From positions 62,001 to 95,548 of the IMG/VR virus record IMGVR_UViG_3300011855_000001: DNA of 33,548 bases. One strand, written 5' to 3'. This DNA comes from an uncultured virus (IMG/VR IMGVR_UViG_3300011855_000001) (taxonomy: Duplodnaviria; Heunggongvirae; Uroviricota; Caudoviricetes). Shown piece after piece: positions 8,931 through 17,786 of the stretch; within the stretch, counting starts at the first letter, position 1; the number at the start of each line of letters is the position of its first letter. Below the pieces are notes generated by a model that had not been told where the DNA came from, did no database searches, and saw nothing but the letters and a program-made list of their open reading frames with translations. Made by a program: the position numbers and the translations under genes.

Positions 8931-9486
8931 GAGGCTTCTCCTGATTGGTGGCGTCCAGCGCGATTTCCAGCGCTGCCATTGTTTCTTGCTTGGTCATATC
9001 CCCACGCTTCCCGGTGAAGACGGCAAGCACGTTATGCGCAGCCTCGCGCAGGTTATCGACGTATGTCACCAGCGAGCCCCCCTCAGGGATGCCGCACTCC
9101 TCGACCAGCTGATAATAAATATCACCAGCGGCGCGGTAAGCTGTTTGCCCGGTGCCCGGCTTAATCAGCAGCTCCTCACGCAGAGCATCGCGCTCGCGGC
9201 TGGTTCTGCCCAGCACGGCGATCAGGCGGGCCAGCTCTTTATCCTTCTCGGACAGCTTCACTTCCTGCTGTTCCAGCAGCGTGGTCAGCTCAGCATTGGC
9301 GTCGCGCTGGCTGTCCACTTCGCCGGGGCTCATTCTGCCCAGCTGGGAGAGCAGGCCAGCGACCTCGCCACGGGTGAGCACCAAACAGTTAACATTGGCG
9401 TTATGCAGTCGCACCAGTGATTTGAACTGCTGGAGCAGGGTTTTGTAATCGCCTGCTGGTTCAGGGTTAAATTCGACGATAGCCAT
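8923..9486 (-). CDS. Hypothetical coiled-coil phage protein
   Basis: 187 aa, heptad-rich centre, AAGGA RBS. Confidence 0.75.
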   Translation of the reverse strand: MAIVEFNPEPAGDYKTLLQQFKSLVRLHNANVNCLVLTRGEVAGLLSQLGRMSPGEVDSQRDANAELTTLLEQQEVKLSEKDKELARLIAVLGRTSRERDALREELLIKPGTGQTAYRAAGDIYYQLVEECGIPEGGSLVTYVDNLREAAHNVLAVFTGKRGDMTKQETMAALEIALDATNQEKPHG

Positions 9487-9488
9487 GG

Positions 9489-9965
9489 TTAATCCTTGAA
9501 AAAAGTTACCCAGTGGGTGTTGGCCCGGATGCCGGACGGATGACCAAAGGCGGGCTTCATTTCCGCCAGTTTAAGCAGCTCGCGGGTTGGCACATGCAGC
9601 TCATTCCACTTGAAGATCAGCGTGCCGTGTGGCTTGAGCACGCGCCATGCCTCAGCGAATCCGGCGCGGATGTCCTCGCGCCATGTCTTTTTGTTCAGGA
9701 TGCCGTACTTCTTGCCCTGCCAGCCATTAGGGCCGCACTTGAGCAGATGAGGCGGGTCGAACACGATGAGGCTAAACGTGGCGTCGGCAAACGGCAGCGC
9801 CCGGAAGTCAGCCACGATGTCGGGATGGATTTTCAGCTCCCGGTCATCGCATAAGATATGCTCCTCGTCCCTGATATCCATGAAGACGACGCGAGGATCC
9901 TCCCGGTCGAACCAAAACATGCGCGAACCGCAGCACATGTCGAGAATGGGTTTGTTAGTGGTCAT
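9489..9965 (-). CDS. Small class I SAM-dependent (probable DNA adenine) methyltransferase
   Basis: ILDMCCGSRMFWFD SAM motif, FDPPH catalytic motif, RVLKPHGTLIFKW. Confidence 0.88.
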   Translation of the reverse strand: MTTNKPILDMCCGSRMFWFDREDPRVVFMDIRDEEHILCDDRELKIHPDIVADFRALPFADATFSLIVFDPPHLLKCGPNGWQGKKYGILNKKTWREDIRAGFAEAWRVLKPHGTLIFKWNELHVPTRELLKLAEMKPAFGHPSGIRANTHWVTFFKD

Positions 9966-10198
9966 GCGGCCTTCTTTTTGGTTTTGTGGTACACGGCCCA
10001 GCTCAGGGCGTTCAGCTTATCCATCCCTTTGCGGTCATACATGAAGATGGTCGGTACGCCGCGCTCAGTCAGGCGTCCATCCTCGTTGCGCGGGTTGGCG
10101 TGCTCCTCTTTGACCTGCCGCTCCAGCTCGGCAAGGTCATCGAAAGAGTGCTGGGCCAGCAAGTGCGCTTTCCAGCCGTAATTACGAATTTTCGCCAT
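9962..10198 (-). CDS. Hypothetical phage protein
   Basis: Coupled 78-aa ORF. Confidence 0.65.
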   Translation of the reverse strand: MAKIRNYGWKAHLLAQHSFDDLAELERQVKEEHANPRNEDGRLTERGVPTIFMYDRKGMDKLNALSWAVYHKTKKKAA

Positions 10199-10616
10199 CT
10201 TCCGGCTCCACGTACTTGAATACGCGATAGCGAAGCATATTCACGCCATCAGCTTGGAAGCGGCTGGACTGAGAGCCCAGATATGGATCCACGTACCAGC
10301 CCGGTTCCTGACAGTTGTCCAGCAGCCATTGCTCCAGCTGCTCACGGTTCAGATAGCCATCCGGCTCAGCAACGCGACGATCCTCGCATACGCGATGCTT
10401 CCCAACGTGGGCCAGCCCGCGAACGGTAAAGGTGCAGTCGATACGGGCCTGCCCGCTAATCGCGCGGGTGAAGTCTTCCAGCGACAGCTCCACTTCTAAA
10501 AACTGCCCTTTGCTCGCATCATCAATCATCGTGATGGTCATGCACTCTTTGCCGTCGCCGCGCGAAGGGCGTCCCATGGTAATTTTGCCTTTATGCTTCA
10601 CGTTCTCTCTCCTCAT
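10182..10616 (-). CDS. Hypothetical phage protein
   Basis: ORF in operon; true start may be the GTG a few codons downstream. Confidence 0.7.
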   Translation of the reverse strand: MRRENVKHKGKITMGRPSRGDGKECMTITMIDDASKGQFLEVELSLEDFTRAISGQARIDCTFTVRGLAHVGKHRVCEDRRVAEPDGYLNREQLEQWLLDNCQEPGWYVDPYLGSQSSRFQADGVNMLRYRVFKYVEPEDGENS

Positions 10617-11004
10617 GCGCTACGCCGGAATCGCGCAGCAGCTCGGTCGCATCATCGACAGTGGTCACGATCACCCATGAATCGGGGTTCATCATGTCTT
10701 CCATCGTGCGCCCGTTGGTTGCCAGCTTGCGGGCCAGCTTCTTCTCCATCTGGTGATTTTCGTCCTCGATCACCTTGATGAAAGACTCAGGGAAAAAGCT
10801 GGTCGCCATCTGCTCCAGCGTCCTGCGCAGGCGCGGGGATTCAACAGAGCGCAGGCGGTAGCGGGCGCAGCCATTCAGCGCTTGTCGCACGCTGCGCTTG
10901 TCATACTTAGCGGCGGCACGGCACAAATTGAGGATGTCCAGCGTGTCCGGGAATTCAGCGTACTGGCTGAGGCGGATCATCTGCTGGACGGGGCTCAGTT
11001 TCAT
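10591..11004 (-). CDS. Hypothetical phage protein
   Basis: Start set at MKLSPVQ (AAGGA RBS). Confidence 0.7.
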   Translation of the reverse strand: MKLSPVQQMIRLSQYAEFPDTLDILNLCRAAAKYDKRSVRQALNGCARYRLRSVESPRLRRTLEQMATSFFPESFIKVIEDENHQMEKKLARKLATNGRTMEDMMNPDSWVIVTTVDDATELLRDSGVAHEEREREA

Positions 11005-11026
11005 GGGTCGGTTATCCTTGCGTTGG

Positions 11027-11224
11027 TTATTCTTCGAGCTCAGCAGCCAGCTTCTTCCTGGCTTCTTTGATTTGTTGAGCATACATCCAGTCAGTGCCCC
11101 CGTACTCGCGGCGAATGGTGATATCGACAGTCCGCCCGCAGTCGAGGCGGCGGCGCAGGTAATACCCGCCATACGGGAAATGCTCATCGGCTGGAATGGG
11201 CATATTGGTGATTTTCTTAGACAT
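11027..11224 (-). CDS. Hypothetical phage protein
   Basis: Start set at MSKKIT (GAGAGG RBS). Confidence 0.6.
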   Translation of the reverse strand: MSKKITNMPIPADEHFPYGGYYLRRRLDCGRTVDITIRREYGGTDWMYAQQIKEARKKLAAELEE

Positions 11225-11474
11225 TGCGGGCCTCTCTCTCTTTGGTGGCAAAATGCAGTTGCATTACACGGTCGTGTAAATCCATTCTGGCATCACGGCC
11301 TCGCTTTTTCTCGATGCCATCCAGCAGCGCGTAACGATCTGCCTTGGTTGGCAGATTCAGCACATACCGGGCTTCGCATTCGAGCAGCCACTCGCGGGAA
11401 TCGCTTGGCACCTGCCGACCATCCACCAGCTCCACCAGTGGGGCCTTCCAGCTGCACGCGTTTCTCGTTTCCAT
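11217..11474 (-). CDS. Conserved phage hypothetical protein
   Basis: S.EW..ECEARYVL.LP...R...L..IE.KRG motif; AAGGAG RBS. Confidence 0.7.
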   Translation of the reverse strand: METRNACSWKAPLVELVDGRQVPSDSREWLLECEARYVLNLPTKADRYALLDGIEKKRGRDARMDLHDRVMQLHFATKEREARNV

Positions 11475-11534
11475 CGCTCACTCCTTACGTCATCAACGCC
11501 GTTGATAATACATCATTTAAGCAGCGGCGCAAAC

Positions 11535-11562
11535 AAAAAAGCCCCTTTATAAGGGGCTTTTT
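11535..11562. terminator. Bidirectional intrinsic terminator
   Basis: AAAAAGCCCCTT-TAT-AAGGGGCTTTTT. Confidence 0.8.
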
Positions 11563-11575
11563 GGCGATCATCAAG

Positions 11576-11887
11576 TTACAGGTGAGTATCAAGCCCGGTC
11601 AGGTGGGTGAAGGTCTCAGCCAGCTCCGGCGCGTGGACGCCATCGGTCACGGAGATTTCTTTCACGTTCATGCCCCGGATTTTGTAAGCGGTGATTTTGT
11701 ATTCATCCATCGGGGTGAGGACGATGTGCAGGCGGCTGATACCGTCTTTCACGAAATGCGGGGTTTTCGGTAGGTCGAGTTGCAGGCCCTGATTGATAGC
11801 GACAAAGTTTTTCGCGCCAGTCATGGTGATGAAGCGACGGCCTCCGATCTGGCTCAGGATGGTTTCTGCTACTTCTTTGTTGGTCAT
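11576..11887 (-). CDS. Conserved phage hypothetical protein
   Basis: VAETILSQIGGRRF..MTGAK...F...TGL.T.L family pattern; own promoter and terminator. Confidence 0.8.
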   Translation of the reverse strand: MTNKEVAETILSQIGGRRFITMTGAKNFVAINQGLQLDLPKTPHFVKDGISRLHIVLTPMDEYKITAYKIRGMNVKEISVTDGVHAPELAETFTHLTGLDTHL

Positions 11888-11931
11888 GGGTAGTTCCTCA
11901 GGTTGCGGGCTGCGTGTCAGCCGATGAATGT

Positions 11932-11960
11932 ATATTACGTCATGCGTGACGTAATAGCAA
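11932..11960 (-). promoter_or_regulatory. Sigma70 promoter overlapped by a palindromic operator
   Basis: TTGCTA-17 bp-TAATAT; TATTACGTCA-TGCG-TGACGTAATA at 11933-11956. Confidence 0.8.
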
Positions 11961-11971
11961 CAGGAGGATGT

Positions 11972-11994
11972 AAAAAAGCCCCATCACTGGGGCC
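11972..11994 (-). terminator. Intrinsic terminator
   Basis: GCCCCA/TGGGGC stem plus T6 on the minus strand. Confidence 0.7.
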
Positions 11995-12001
11995 TTAATT
12001 A

Positions 12002-12487
12002 TTATCGGACAGTGTGGATGGTCGCGCCCGCGCTGTTCATGATGAATACCGAATCGCCGGGGTAGACGAACTGGTAGAACGTGCCGCGTGTCCATTTGCT
12101 ATCGTTCAGCGCTCCACGCTCAGGGCTTTCGGCATCCAGAATCAGAATGGCGATGGCCTGATTGAGCCAGAATTTGCCGCGCCGGGATTCAATCATTTCC
12201 TCAGGGAAACGAATCTGAGTGGCGTCGGCATCGTCAAACAGCTGCGGATGAACTTCGAGATAGTCATACCCGCCCAGCTCATGCCAGTCTCCGGTTTTGG
12301 CGTAGCACGCTTTGCCGTGCGACTCCTCCAGCGGCAGCGCCTTGAGGTAATCGTGTTCGCGGTTGTTGCACTCCACCAGTCGCTCCACGACCTGATCCCA
12401 CGTTTCGGAACCGGGCAGCGCTACCAGTGGGGTTTCAACCTCATGGATCACCACAACGTTGTCGATAATGGTCTTAATGGTAAACAT
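12002..12487 (-). CDS. Hypothetical phage protein
   Basis: Start set at MFTIKT (AGGAG RBS); C-terminal YPGDSVFIMNSAGATI. Confidence 0.75.
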   Translation of the reverse strand: MFTIKTIIDNVVVIHEVETPLVALPGSETWDQVVERLVECNNREHDYLKALPLEESHGKACYAKTGDWHELGGYDYLEVHPQLFDDADATQIRFPEEMIESRRGKFWLNQAIAILILDAESPERGALNDSKWTRGTFYQFVYPGDSVFIMNSAGATIHTVR

Positions 12488-12554
12488 GTCTTTCTCCTGA
12501 TTTCTTCGGCTTCGGGTTGAATTGCCGCATCGCTGCGACCTCAGGAGAATACGG

Positions 12555-12809
12555 TCACTCGTTTGGCGGCGCAAGGGGATGATCCTCGTTTATTCCGACT
12601 TTCAGGGTTTTGGCCCCGTTCAGGATTTTGTCATGGTACACGATGGCTGCGGCCTTCTCTTTGATAATGGCCCGGCGAAAACTGCCCTTGTTAATCAGCC
12701 TTGTCGCTGGGTAACGGTCAGCCAGCTCCATCATTCCATGCAGGCGATTCAGCGAGACATAATCCTGATTCAGCGACAGGAGCGCGAGAATGACGCGGGG
12801 CAGGTTCAT
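12555..12809 (-). CDS. Hypothetical protein
   Basis: ATGA-coupled 84-aa ORF. Confidence 0.6.
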   Translation of the reverse strand: MNLPRVILALLSLNQDYVSLNRLHGMMELADRYPATRLINKGSFRRAIIKEKAAAIVYHDKILNGAKTLKVGINEDHPLAPPNE

Positions 12810-13114
12810 CGCTTCCCCCTCGCCAGCCAGAGAAGTTCAGCCGCCAAGCAAAGGCGGTCAGCCGTAGACTCAGGCATCTTGAGGCTGGCCTGCATAGGCA
12901 CTTTGCGCGTCCAGATGTCTTGTGGCTGCGTAGCCCAGCGGCGAATCGAATCGACCGGGACGCCAGTCATTTCGCTGATAGCCTCAACGTCATGCCCGGC
13001 CTGAAACAGCTTGCGGCAGATAGCGATGACCGCAGACGGGTATTGGTCATGCCTGACGGCACGCCCTCCGGTCAGCTCCGCGATCCGCTTGTAGAGCGGG
13101 GTGCGGCGTTTCAT
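12806..13114 (-). CDS. HTH DNA-binding protein
   Basis: GHDVEAISEMTGVPVDSIRRWA helix-turn-helix. Confidence 0.7.
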   Translation of the reverse strand: MKRRTPLYKRIAELTGGRAVRHDQYPSAVIAICRKLFQAGHDVEAISEMTGVPVDSIRRWATQPQDIWTRKVPMQASLKMPESTADRLCLAAELLWLARGKR

Positions 13115-13302
13115 TCCCCTGCACCTTTGACAACCTCGCGCAACAGCGGGACAAGCGTCTTGAGACCGCCCTGCTCGACGATCTTTTTCAAATGGTCGTT
13201 ATCCAGACCCTCGCAGATTTTAAGGGCCAGATACTGCCGCTCAGCGATGAATGTCACCACTTCTTCGGTAACAGGTTGGTCTGGGCCACCTTTAAGCACC
13301 AT
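13111..13302 (-). CDS. Hypothetical protein
   Basis: Start set at MVLKGG (AAGGA RBS). Confidence 0.6.
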   Translation of the reverse strand: MVLKGGPDQPVTEEVVTFIAERQYLALKICEGLDNDHLKKIVEQGGLKTLVPLLREVVKGAGE

Positions 13303-13528
13303 GGGTTGATTCCTTGCGTAATAGCCGGACGTAATAGACCAGCCATGATTTCGGGGTGATGGTGCCGGGCAACATAGCCGGAAGTTGGGCCACATGCTTA
13401 TCCAGCACCTCAGTGATTATGGCGTCCCGCGAAGCGGCGGGATCAGCCTCAATGCGTTGCAGCATTTCATCCAGGCATAACCGGGCGCGTTGCCGCAGCG
13501 CATTTTTCAGCTCCTGCGGCAGTGCCAT
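13292..13528 (-). CDS. Hypothetical protein
   Basis: TAATG-coupled 78-aa ORF. Confidence 0.65.
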   Translation of the reverse strand: MALPQELKNALRQRARLCLDEMLQRIEADPAASRDAIITEVLDKHVAQLPAMLPGTITPKSWLVYYVRLLRKESTHGA

Positions 13529-14073
13529 TATTGCGCCGGGGCCTGCGCGTCACCATCAAGCGGGTGCGCAGCAGGATCAGCGGTCGCGCCAGCTCCTACC
13601 AGCTCGTTTTCCGGCCCAGCCACTTCCGGCTTTGGGGTGGCAACATCTGCCGGGTTAGCCTGCCAGCGACGATAGAGATCCATCGCTTTGGCCTGCTCCT
13701 CTGCACGCTTCTGGAAATGCTCGCCAAACTCGCGCGGGTAGAACCAGACATCATCGATCAGGTTGCCGATGCCAATAATCTGATTCCCCTGAATGGCGAT
13801 ACGGCACGCCTGACCATTCAGTGCTTCCCACGTAGCCACTCCAACGGTGCTCAGCACGCGACCGATGTACGAGATACCGAAAGCAGTCTCCTGGTCTTCC
13901 TGCTCCATTGACTGCGCATCAGCGTGCAGGATGTAGCCGCCAAAGTTAACGCCCAGATTAGCCGCTTTCAGCTGAATGGACGAATTCATGGTAGAGCCAT
14001 CCCAGCCCAGCTGGGTGTTAACGATACGGGCGTTGAGCACCTCAACCGGGCGCTGTTCAGTGGTTTGTTCCAT
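13528..14073 (-). CDS. Conserved phage hypothetical protein
   Basis: NARI..T.LG...FGGY...VGV.TWE.L.G pattern; AAGGA RBS. Confidence 0.75.
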   Translation of the reverse strand: MEQTTEQRPVEVLNARIVNTQLGWDGSTMNSSIQLKAANLGVNFGGYILHADAQSMEQEDQETAFGISYIGRVLSTVGVATWEALNGQACRIAIQGNQIIGIGNLIDDVWFYPREFGEHFQKRAEEQAKAMDLYRRWQANPADVATPKPEVAGPENELVGAGATADPAAHPLDGDAQAPAQ

Positions 14074-14082
14074 GGTAAATCC

Positions 14083-14445
14083 TTATCGGGTTTGTTTTGA
14101 ATGGTCGAGCTCGGCAAGCGCCTCACTCATCTTTTCGAGCGCTTCAATCATCTGCCCGCTGGCTGACAGAGGGCCGCGCGTGCTGGCCTGCTTGGTCAGC
14201 AGTCGGCTCGCGTCCACGACCTTCCTGATAGCTGGCAGGGAGCCCATAGACAGCATCTGCATGAAATAGAACTCCCCCGGCATGATGGTTGACAGCATTT
14301 CGCCGCTGCCTGCCGGATCTCTGCGGCCTTCCTCCTTACGCTGGTAATTGCGAAGGGTATGGCCCAGCAGGTCAGCCATTGCCTGCTGCGTCATGCCTGC
14401 GGCAATGCGGGCCTCACGTACTTCTGCCCCGGTGATTTTAATCAT
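14083..14445 (-). CDS. XRE/Cro-family HTH transcriptional regulator
   Basis: EVREARIAAGMTQQAMADLLGHTLRNYQRKEEGRR; CGTCA-TCAC-TGACG palindrome upstream at 14487-14500. Confidence 0.85.
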   Translation of the reverse strand: MIKITGAEVREARIAAGMTQQAMADLLGHTLRNYQRKEEGRRDPAGSGEMLSTIMPGEFYFMQMLSMGSLPAIRKVVDASRLLTKQASTRGPLSASGQMIEALEKMSEALAELDHSKQTR

Positions 14446-14491
14446 TGATGTTTCCTGCTTAGTTCAAAGGTACGGCAAGTGTAGCACGTCA

Positions 14492-14962
14492 TCACTGACG
14501 CAATCCAGCATTCTGGTAGCTGGCATATCTGGCGTCGGTCGCCATTTCATCCAGCATCGCCCGCAGGCCGTTGACGCCGTGACGCATGATCCCAAAGTGA
14601 AGGGCGGCGTGCAGGAATACATCGGCGTTGTTGTCTCCTTGGCGATTGACGCGGGGGATGATGGTTCTGCTGGTGCTGATCCCGGTGTCCACAGGGATGA
14701 TGACCTGCCCAGCCAGTTGGGGAGCACGCTCGCCCGGCAGCATGTCGCGCAGCCAGCGCTTACACGCAATGGCCTGCTCCAGCGCCTTTTCAGCCGTGCG
14801 GTGCTCGCTGACAGTGGCGGCGTGGCACAGTGCCCCGTTAACCATGCCGGACAGGATGACGCGACGGCCTTTGGTCGCCACAATCAGATCCGCGTAGCCT
14901 TCGGCCTTAGCCTGCTTCACGCACGCGGCGAGGTGGTGTTTGCTGGGTGCGCTCTTAGCCAT
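14492..14962 (-). CDS. Hypothetical protein
   Basis: 156-aa ORF coupled to upstream gene. Confidence 0.65.
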   Translation of the reverse strand: MAKSAPSKHHLAACVKQAKAEGYADLIVATKGRRVILSGMVNGALCHAATVSEHRTAEKALEQAIACKRWLRDMLPGERAPQLAGQVIIPVDTGISTSRTIIPRVNRQGDNNADVFLHAALHFGIMRHGVNGLRAMLDEMATDARYASYQNAGLRQ

Positions 14963-15242
14963 TCTCGCGGTCTCCTCGCATTGCCAGAATCATATCGTGT
15001 GCGAACTCGGCACCTTCCAGCGTCTTGAGATATTTCTCAGCTTTTTCCTGGTCGAATTCATCAAATACCTTATCGCGGTTGCCTTCGCCCACTTCCCCCT
15101 CAGGGAATGAGAAACCCATATCCAGCTCAGCATCCTGAGCCATAACAATCAGGGACAGCTTTGGGCGGTCGTCATCATCGAATGACTTCTTAACGAGCAA
15201 CTGGCGACCGTGCGCCTCGAATACTTTTGCAAAACGTTCCAT
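14955..15242 (-). CDS. Conserved acidic phage hypothetical protein
   Basis: FAKVFE..GRQLLVKK start; AAGGA RBS. Confidence 0.75.
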   Translation of the reverse strand: MERFAKVFEAHGRQLLVKKSFDDDDRPKLSLIVMAQDAELDMGFSFPEGEVGEGNRDKVFDEFDQEKAEKYLKTLEGAEFAHDMILAMRGDRENG

Positions 15243-15267
15243 GGGATGATCCTTGCGTTAGATGGAA

Positions 15268-15293
15268 TAAAGGCCCCGATGGTGAGGCCTTTT
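15268..15293. terminator. Probable bidirectional terminator downstream of the YadA-like gene
   Basis: AAAGGCC/GGCCTTT stem with A/T runs on both sides. Confidence 0.55.
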
Positions 15294-15317
15294 GATTGTA
15301 GCGCGATTGTTTACGTC

Positions 15318-16655
15318 TTACCAGCCGTAAGATACGCCAGCGCCGATCACAAAGTTATGCTGGGTGTCGTTGGACACGGACGCCTTCACAACGGTGTTCT
15401 GAGAGGCTCGGGCAGAGAAGCCCACAGCCAGCGCAGACTCACCATCAGTGTTACCAGCACCAGCGCCGATAGCAAAGGTCTGGTGCTCCAGTACCTGCGG
15501 GATGTTAGCCATGGCGGCGACGCCTGCGATACCAGCCGACGCACGTTTGCGGTTGTCATCGATCTGTTTGTTCAGGTCGGCAAACTTGCTATTGGTCTGC
15601 GATTCCAGCCCCTGAATGCGCTGCTCATGGTTGGCAATATCGGCGGTGTTCTGGGCTACGCGCTTATTGGTCGCATCCAGAGCCTGACGGTTAGCCTCAG
15701 AGTGGGCATACGCCGCATCAGCGCGAGACTGCGCATACGCGCCAGTGTCCTGCGCCTGTTTCACGCCAGCGCTCAGCGTGGTGAACTGGCTTGAGCGGGT
15801 GGAGGTCTCAGCCGCCATAGCAGCATCCTGACGCTGCTGGTCTACAGCAAAATCAGCCTGGTTGACTTTGGTCGCCAGAGCATTGGTATTGCTGGTAATG
15901 CGCAGGTCATGGTCAGCCAGTGCCGCATCATGCTGCTGGTCGGCAGCTTTGCGGTCATTGGTCTCATTGGTAAGAGCCACGCCGTTACCCACTACGCCAG
16001 CCAGAGCCGCATCGGATTTGGTGTTGCTTTCAGTGATCGCGGTGTCCTGACGGGCCTGATCCGCTACAAAGTCAGTAGCATTGACTTTGGTCGCCAGACC
16101 AGCATCCAGCTCCGGCTTGGTGGCAAAGGTTCCAGCCTTAGTTTGCAGGTCGATGATGGCAGAGCCATTGGTGGCTACGCCTGCCAGTGCGGCATCCGCT
16201 TTATCACTATTCGTGGAGATCAGTGCATCCTGATCGTTGTCGCGGATACCCTGCGCGGCCTTATCGGCATCATACGCGGTCTGGTCTACCTTACCAGTCA
16301 GACCATTCAATGCCGCCTGCGCATCGGTCTTGGCAGAGCCTGCCAGATTCAAAGCAGAGCTCGCTTCCTGCTGTGCGGCGTCCGCTTTCTGGTCAACGGC
16401 GATCACACCCAGCTTGGTGCTTTGCAGGTCGGCATCCACACTGGTGATGTGGTCGCCCAGTTGAGTATCGCGGGTTTCAGAGTCCAGCTTGTTCTGGGTG
16501 ATTTGGTTCTGGTGATCGTTGATCCGGTCGCTGGTTACATTTGCGCGGGCGTCCTGAATGCGGTCATATGCAGACGGGGACGGATTCGGAGAAGCAATCG
16601 CTGCGGAGGTGGTAGCAGTAAAAGTCAGAGCGATAGCCAGCTTGGTCAGTTTCAT
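15318..16655 (-). CDS. Trimeric autotransporter adhesin (YadA-type C-terminal anchor)
   Basis: Sec signal peptide; repetitive coiled-coil stalk (KV.Q..F..DQ.RQD, H..RI..LE); ASAGIAGVAAMANIPQ linker and four-strand barrel ending GAGVSYGW. Confidence 0.92.
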   Translation of the reverse strand: MKLTKLAIALTFTATTSAAIASPNPSPSAYDRIQDARANVTSDRINDHQNQITQNKLDSETRDTQLGDHITSVDADLQSTKLGVIAVDQKADAAQQEASSALNLAGSAKTDAQAALNGLTGKVDQTAYDADKAAQGIRDNDQDALISTNSDKADAALAGVATNGSAIIDLQTKAGTFATKPELDAGLATKVNATDFVADQARQDTAITESNTKSDAALAGVVGNGVALTNETNDRKAADQQHDAALADHDLRITSNTNALATKVNQADFAVDQQRQDAAMAAETSTRSSQFTTLSAGVKQAQDTGAYAQSRADAAYAHSEANRQALDATNKRVAQNTADIANHEQRIQGLESQTNSKFADLNKQIDDNRKRASAGIAGVAAMANIPQVLEHQTFAIGAGAGNTDGESALAVGFSARASQNTVVKASVSNDTQHNFVIGAGVSYGW

Positions 16656-16709
16656 TTAAAGCCTCATTATTAGGTGGTTTATTGGGTGTTTCCCGTGTTG
16701 ACGAGGAGA

Positions 16710-16738
16710 ACTATACGGCACGCATGACGCGTCCGCAA
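16710..16738 (-). promoter_or_regulatory. Sigma70 promoter of the adhesin gene with operator-like site
   Basis: TTGCGG-17 bp-TATAGT; CGGCA-CGCA-TGACG at 16716-16729. Confidence 0.7.
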
Positions 16739-16809
16739 TAGCGCAATGATAAATTTTCCGTATTATTTCGCTGGAATGATTCAGGGGACTGATTGGAAAG
16801 GAGATTTAT

Positions 16810-16836
16810 TTTAGCCCCCGTGGGCTGGGGGCTAAA
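16810..16836. terminator. Hairpin / terminator
   Basis: TTTAGCCCC/GGGGCTAAA inverted repeat in an intergenic gap. Confidence 0.5.
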
Positions 16837-16838
16837 GA

Positions 16839-17054
16839 TTAGCGCGGGATGAATGGCTTCTGGGTGAAGACCTCAGCCTGAGGGAAGTCAAAAGAGACCT
16901 CCGGTGCCATTGCCTGAGAAGGCAGTGACTTGATGTGCTGGGAGCCATCTGGCAGAAATACGCCAGCAAGGTAACGCGGCACCTGAATGACGTTTGCAGC
17001 CAGTGCATAGCCCGGTGGTGCTGCGGGATTAACGGTATCGTCGATTGTAGCCAT
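16839..17054 (-). CDS. Hypothetical protein
   Basis: 71-aa ORF, GAGGG RBS. Confidence 0.6.
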   Translation of the reverse strand: MATIDDTVNPAAPPGYALAANVIQVPRYLAGVFLPDGSQHIKSLPSQAMAPEVSFDFPQAEVFTQKPFIPR

Positions 17055-17099
17055 GGGTAAAAAGCCCTCGTTGTGTCTGAGGGCTACAGTATGCCGTCA

Positions 17100-17321
17100 C
17101 TACCTCCGGCGATTAATCTCATGGTACAGCGCAGCCATAAAAATACCGATGGCGACGGGCCAGCACAGCATGACCATCAGCAGCGTCTGGGGTGGCATCT
17201 TCTTCCCGGCGATCCCCATTTTGTCTGAGATGAAGTCAATCATGATAACTGCTGCGCCTATCAGCAGCGCGACAGCACCGTACACTTGCAGCTTCTCCAG
17301 CCAGAATTCACTCACTGCCAT
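17100..17321 (-). CDS. Small two-TM membrane protein
   Basis: Two hydrophobic helices, WP motif; GAGGAG RBS. Confidence 0.65.
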   Translation of the reverse strand: MAVSEFWLEKLQVYGAVALLIGAAVIMIDFISDKMGIAGKKMPPQTLLMVMLCWPVAIGIFMAALYHEINRRR

Positions 17322-17509
17322 GGCTCCTCATACCAGGTGGAAAGCGCCACATATGCGGTGACGGGCCAGAGCACCGCCTGAATGAGCAGGAAGCCCACGG
17401 CCTTACGCTTCGGGTGCATACGCGGCACCCATTTGCGCAGGCCCAGCAGCAGCACCACTAAAAAGCCAGCCCAGTACAGGGCCAGCGATACGATGATTTC
17501 AGTCTGCAT
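17312..17509 (-). CDS. Small two-TM membrane protein
   Basis: Two hydrophobic helices, LWP motif. Confidence 0.65.
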   Translation of the reverse strand: MQTEIIVSLALYWAGFLVVLLLGLRKWVPRMHPKRKAVGFLLIQAVLWPVTAYVALSTWYEEPWQ

Positions 17510-17786
17510 TGTGCAATGCCTTCCCGATCCGCTCGATGCCTTTCAGCGCCTGCTCCAGATTGTCAAAGCCTGCGGCCTTCACCATCTGGTCGATGCGCTC
17601 AACGGCGTCTGTCATCTGGTTGCCCATGTCCAGCAGCAGGATAACCAGCTCAGGCCGGACGATATCGACAAATTTCCGCACCGCAGCACGCCCGGCTAAC
17701 GTGTCCTGCCAGTCTCCGTGGATGGATGACAGCACGGTGGCCGCCACGCGCATCTTCACCTCATGCTCCGGCGTGATGTCGGTCAT
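17499..17786 (-). CDS. Ead/Ea22-like protein (tentative)
   Basis: MTDIT start and PELVILLLD motif; ATGA coupling. Confidence 0.55.
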   Translation of the reverse strand: MTDITPEHEVKMRVAATVLSSIHGDWQDTLAGRAAVRKFVDIVRPELVILLLDMGNQMTDAVERIDQMVKAAGFDNLEQALKGIERIGKALHNAD

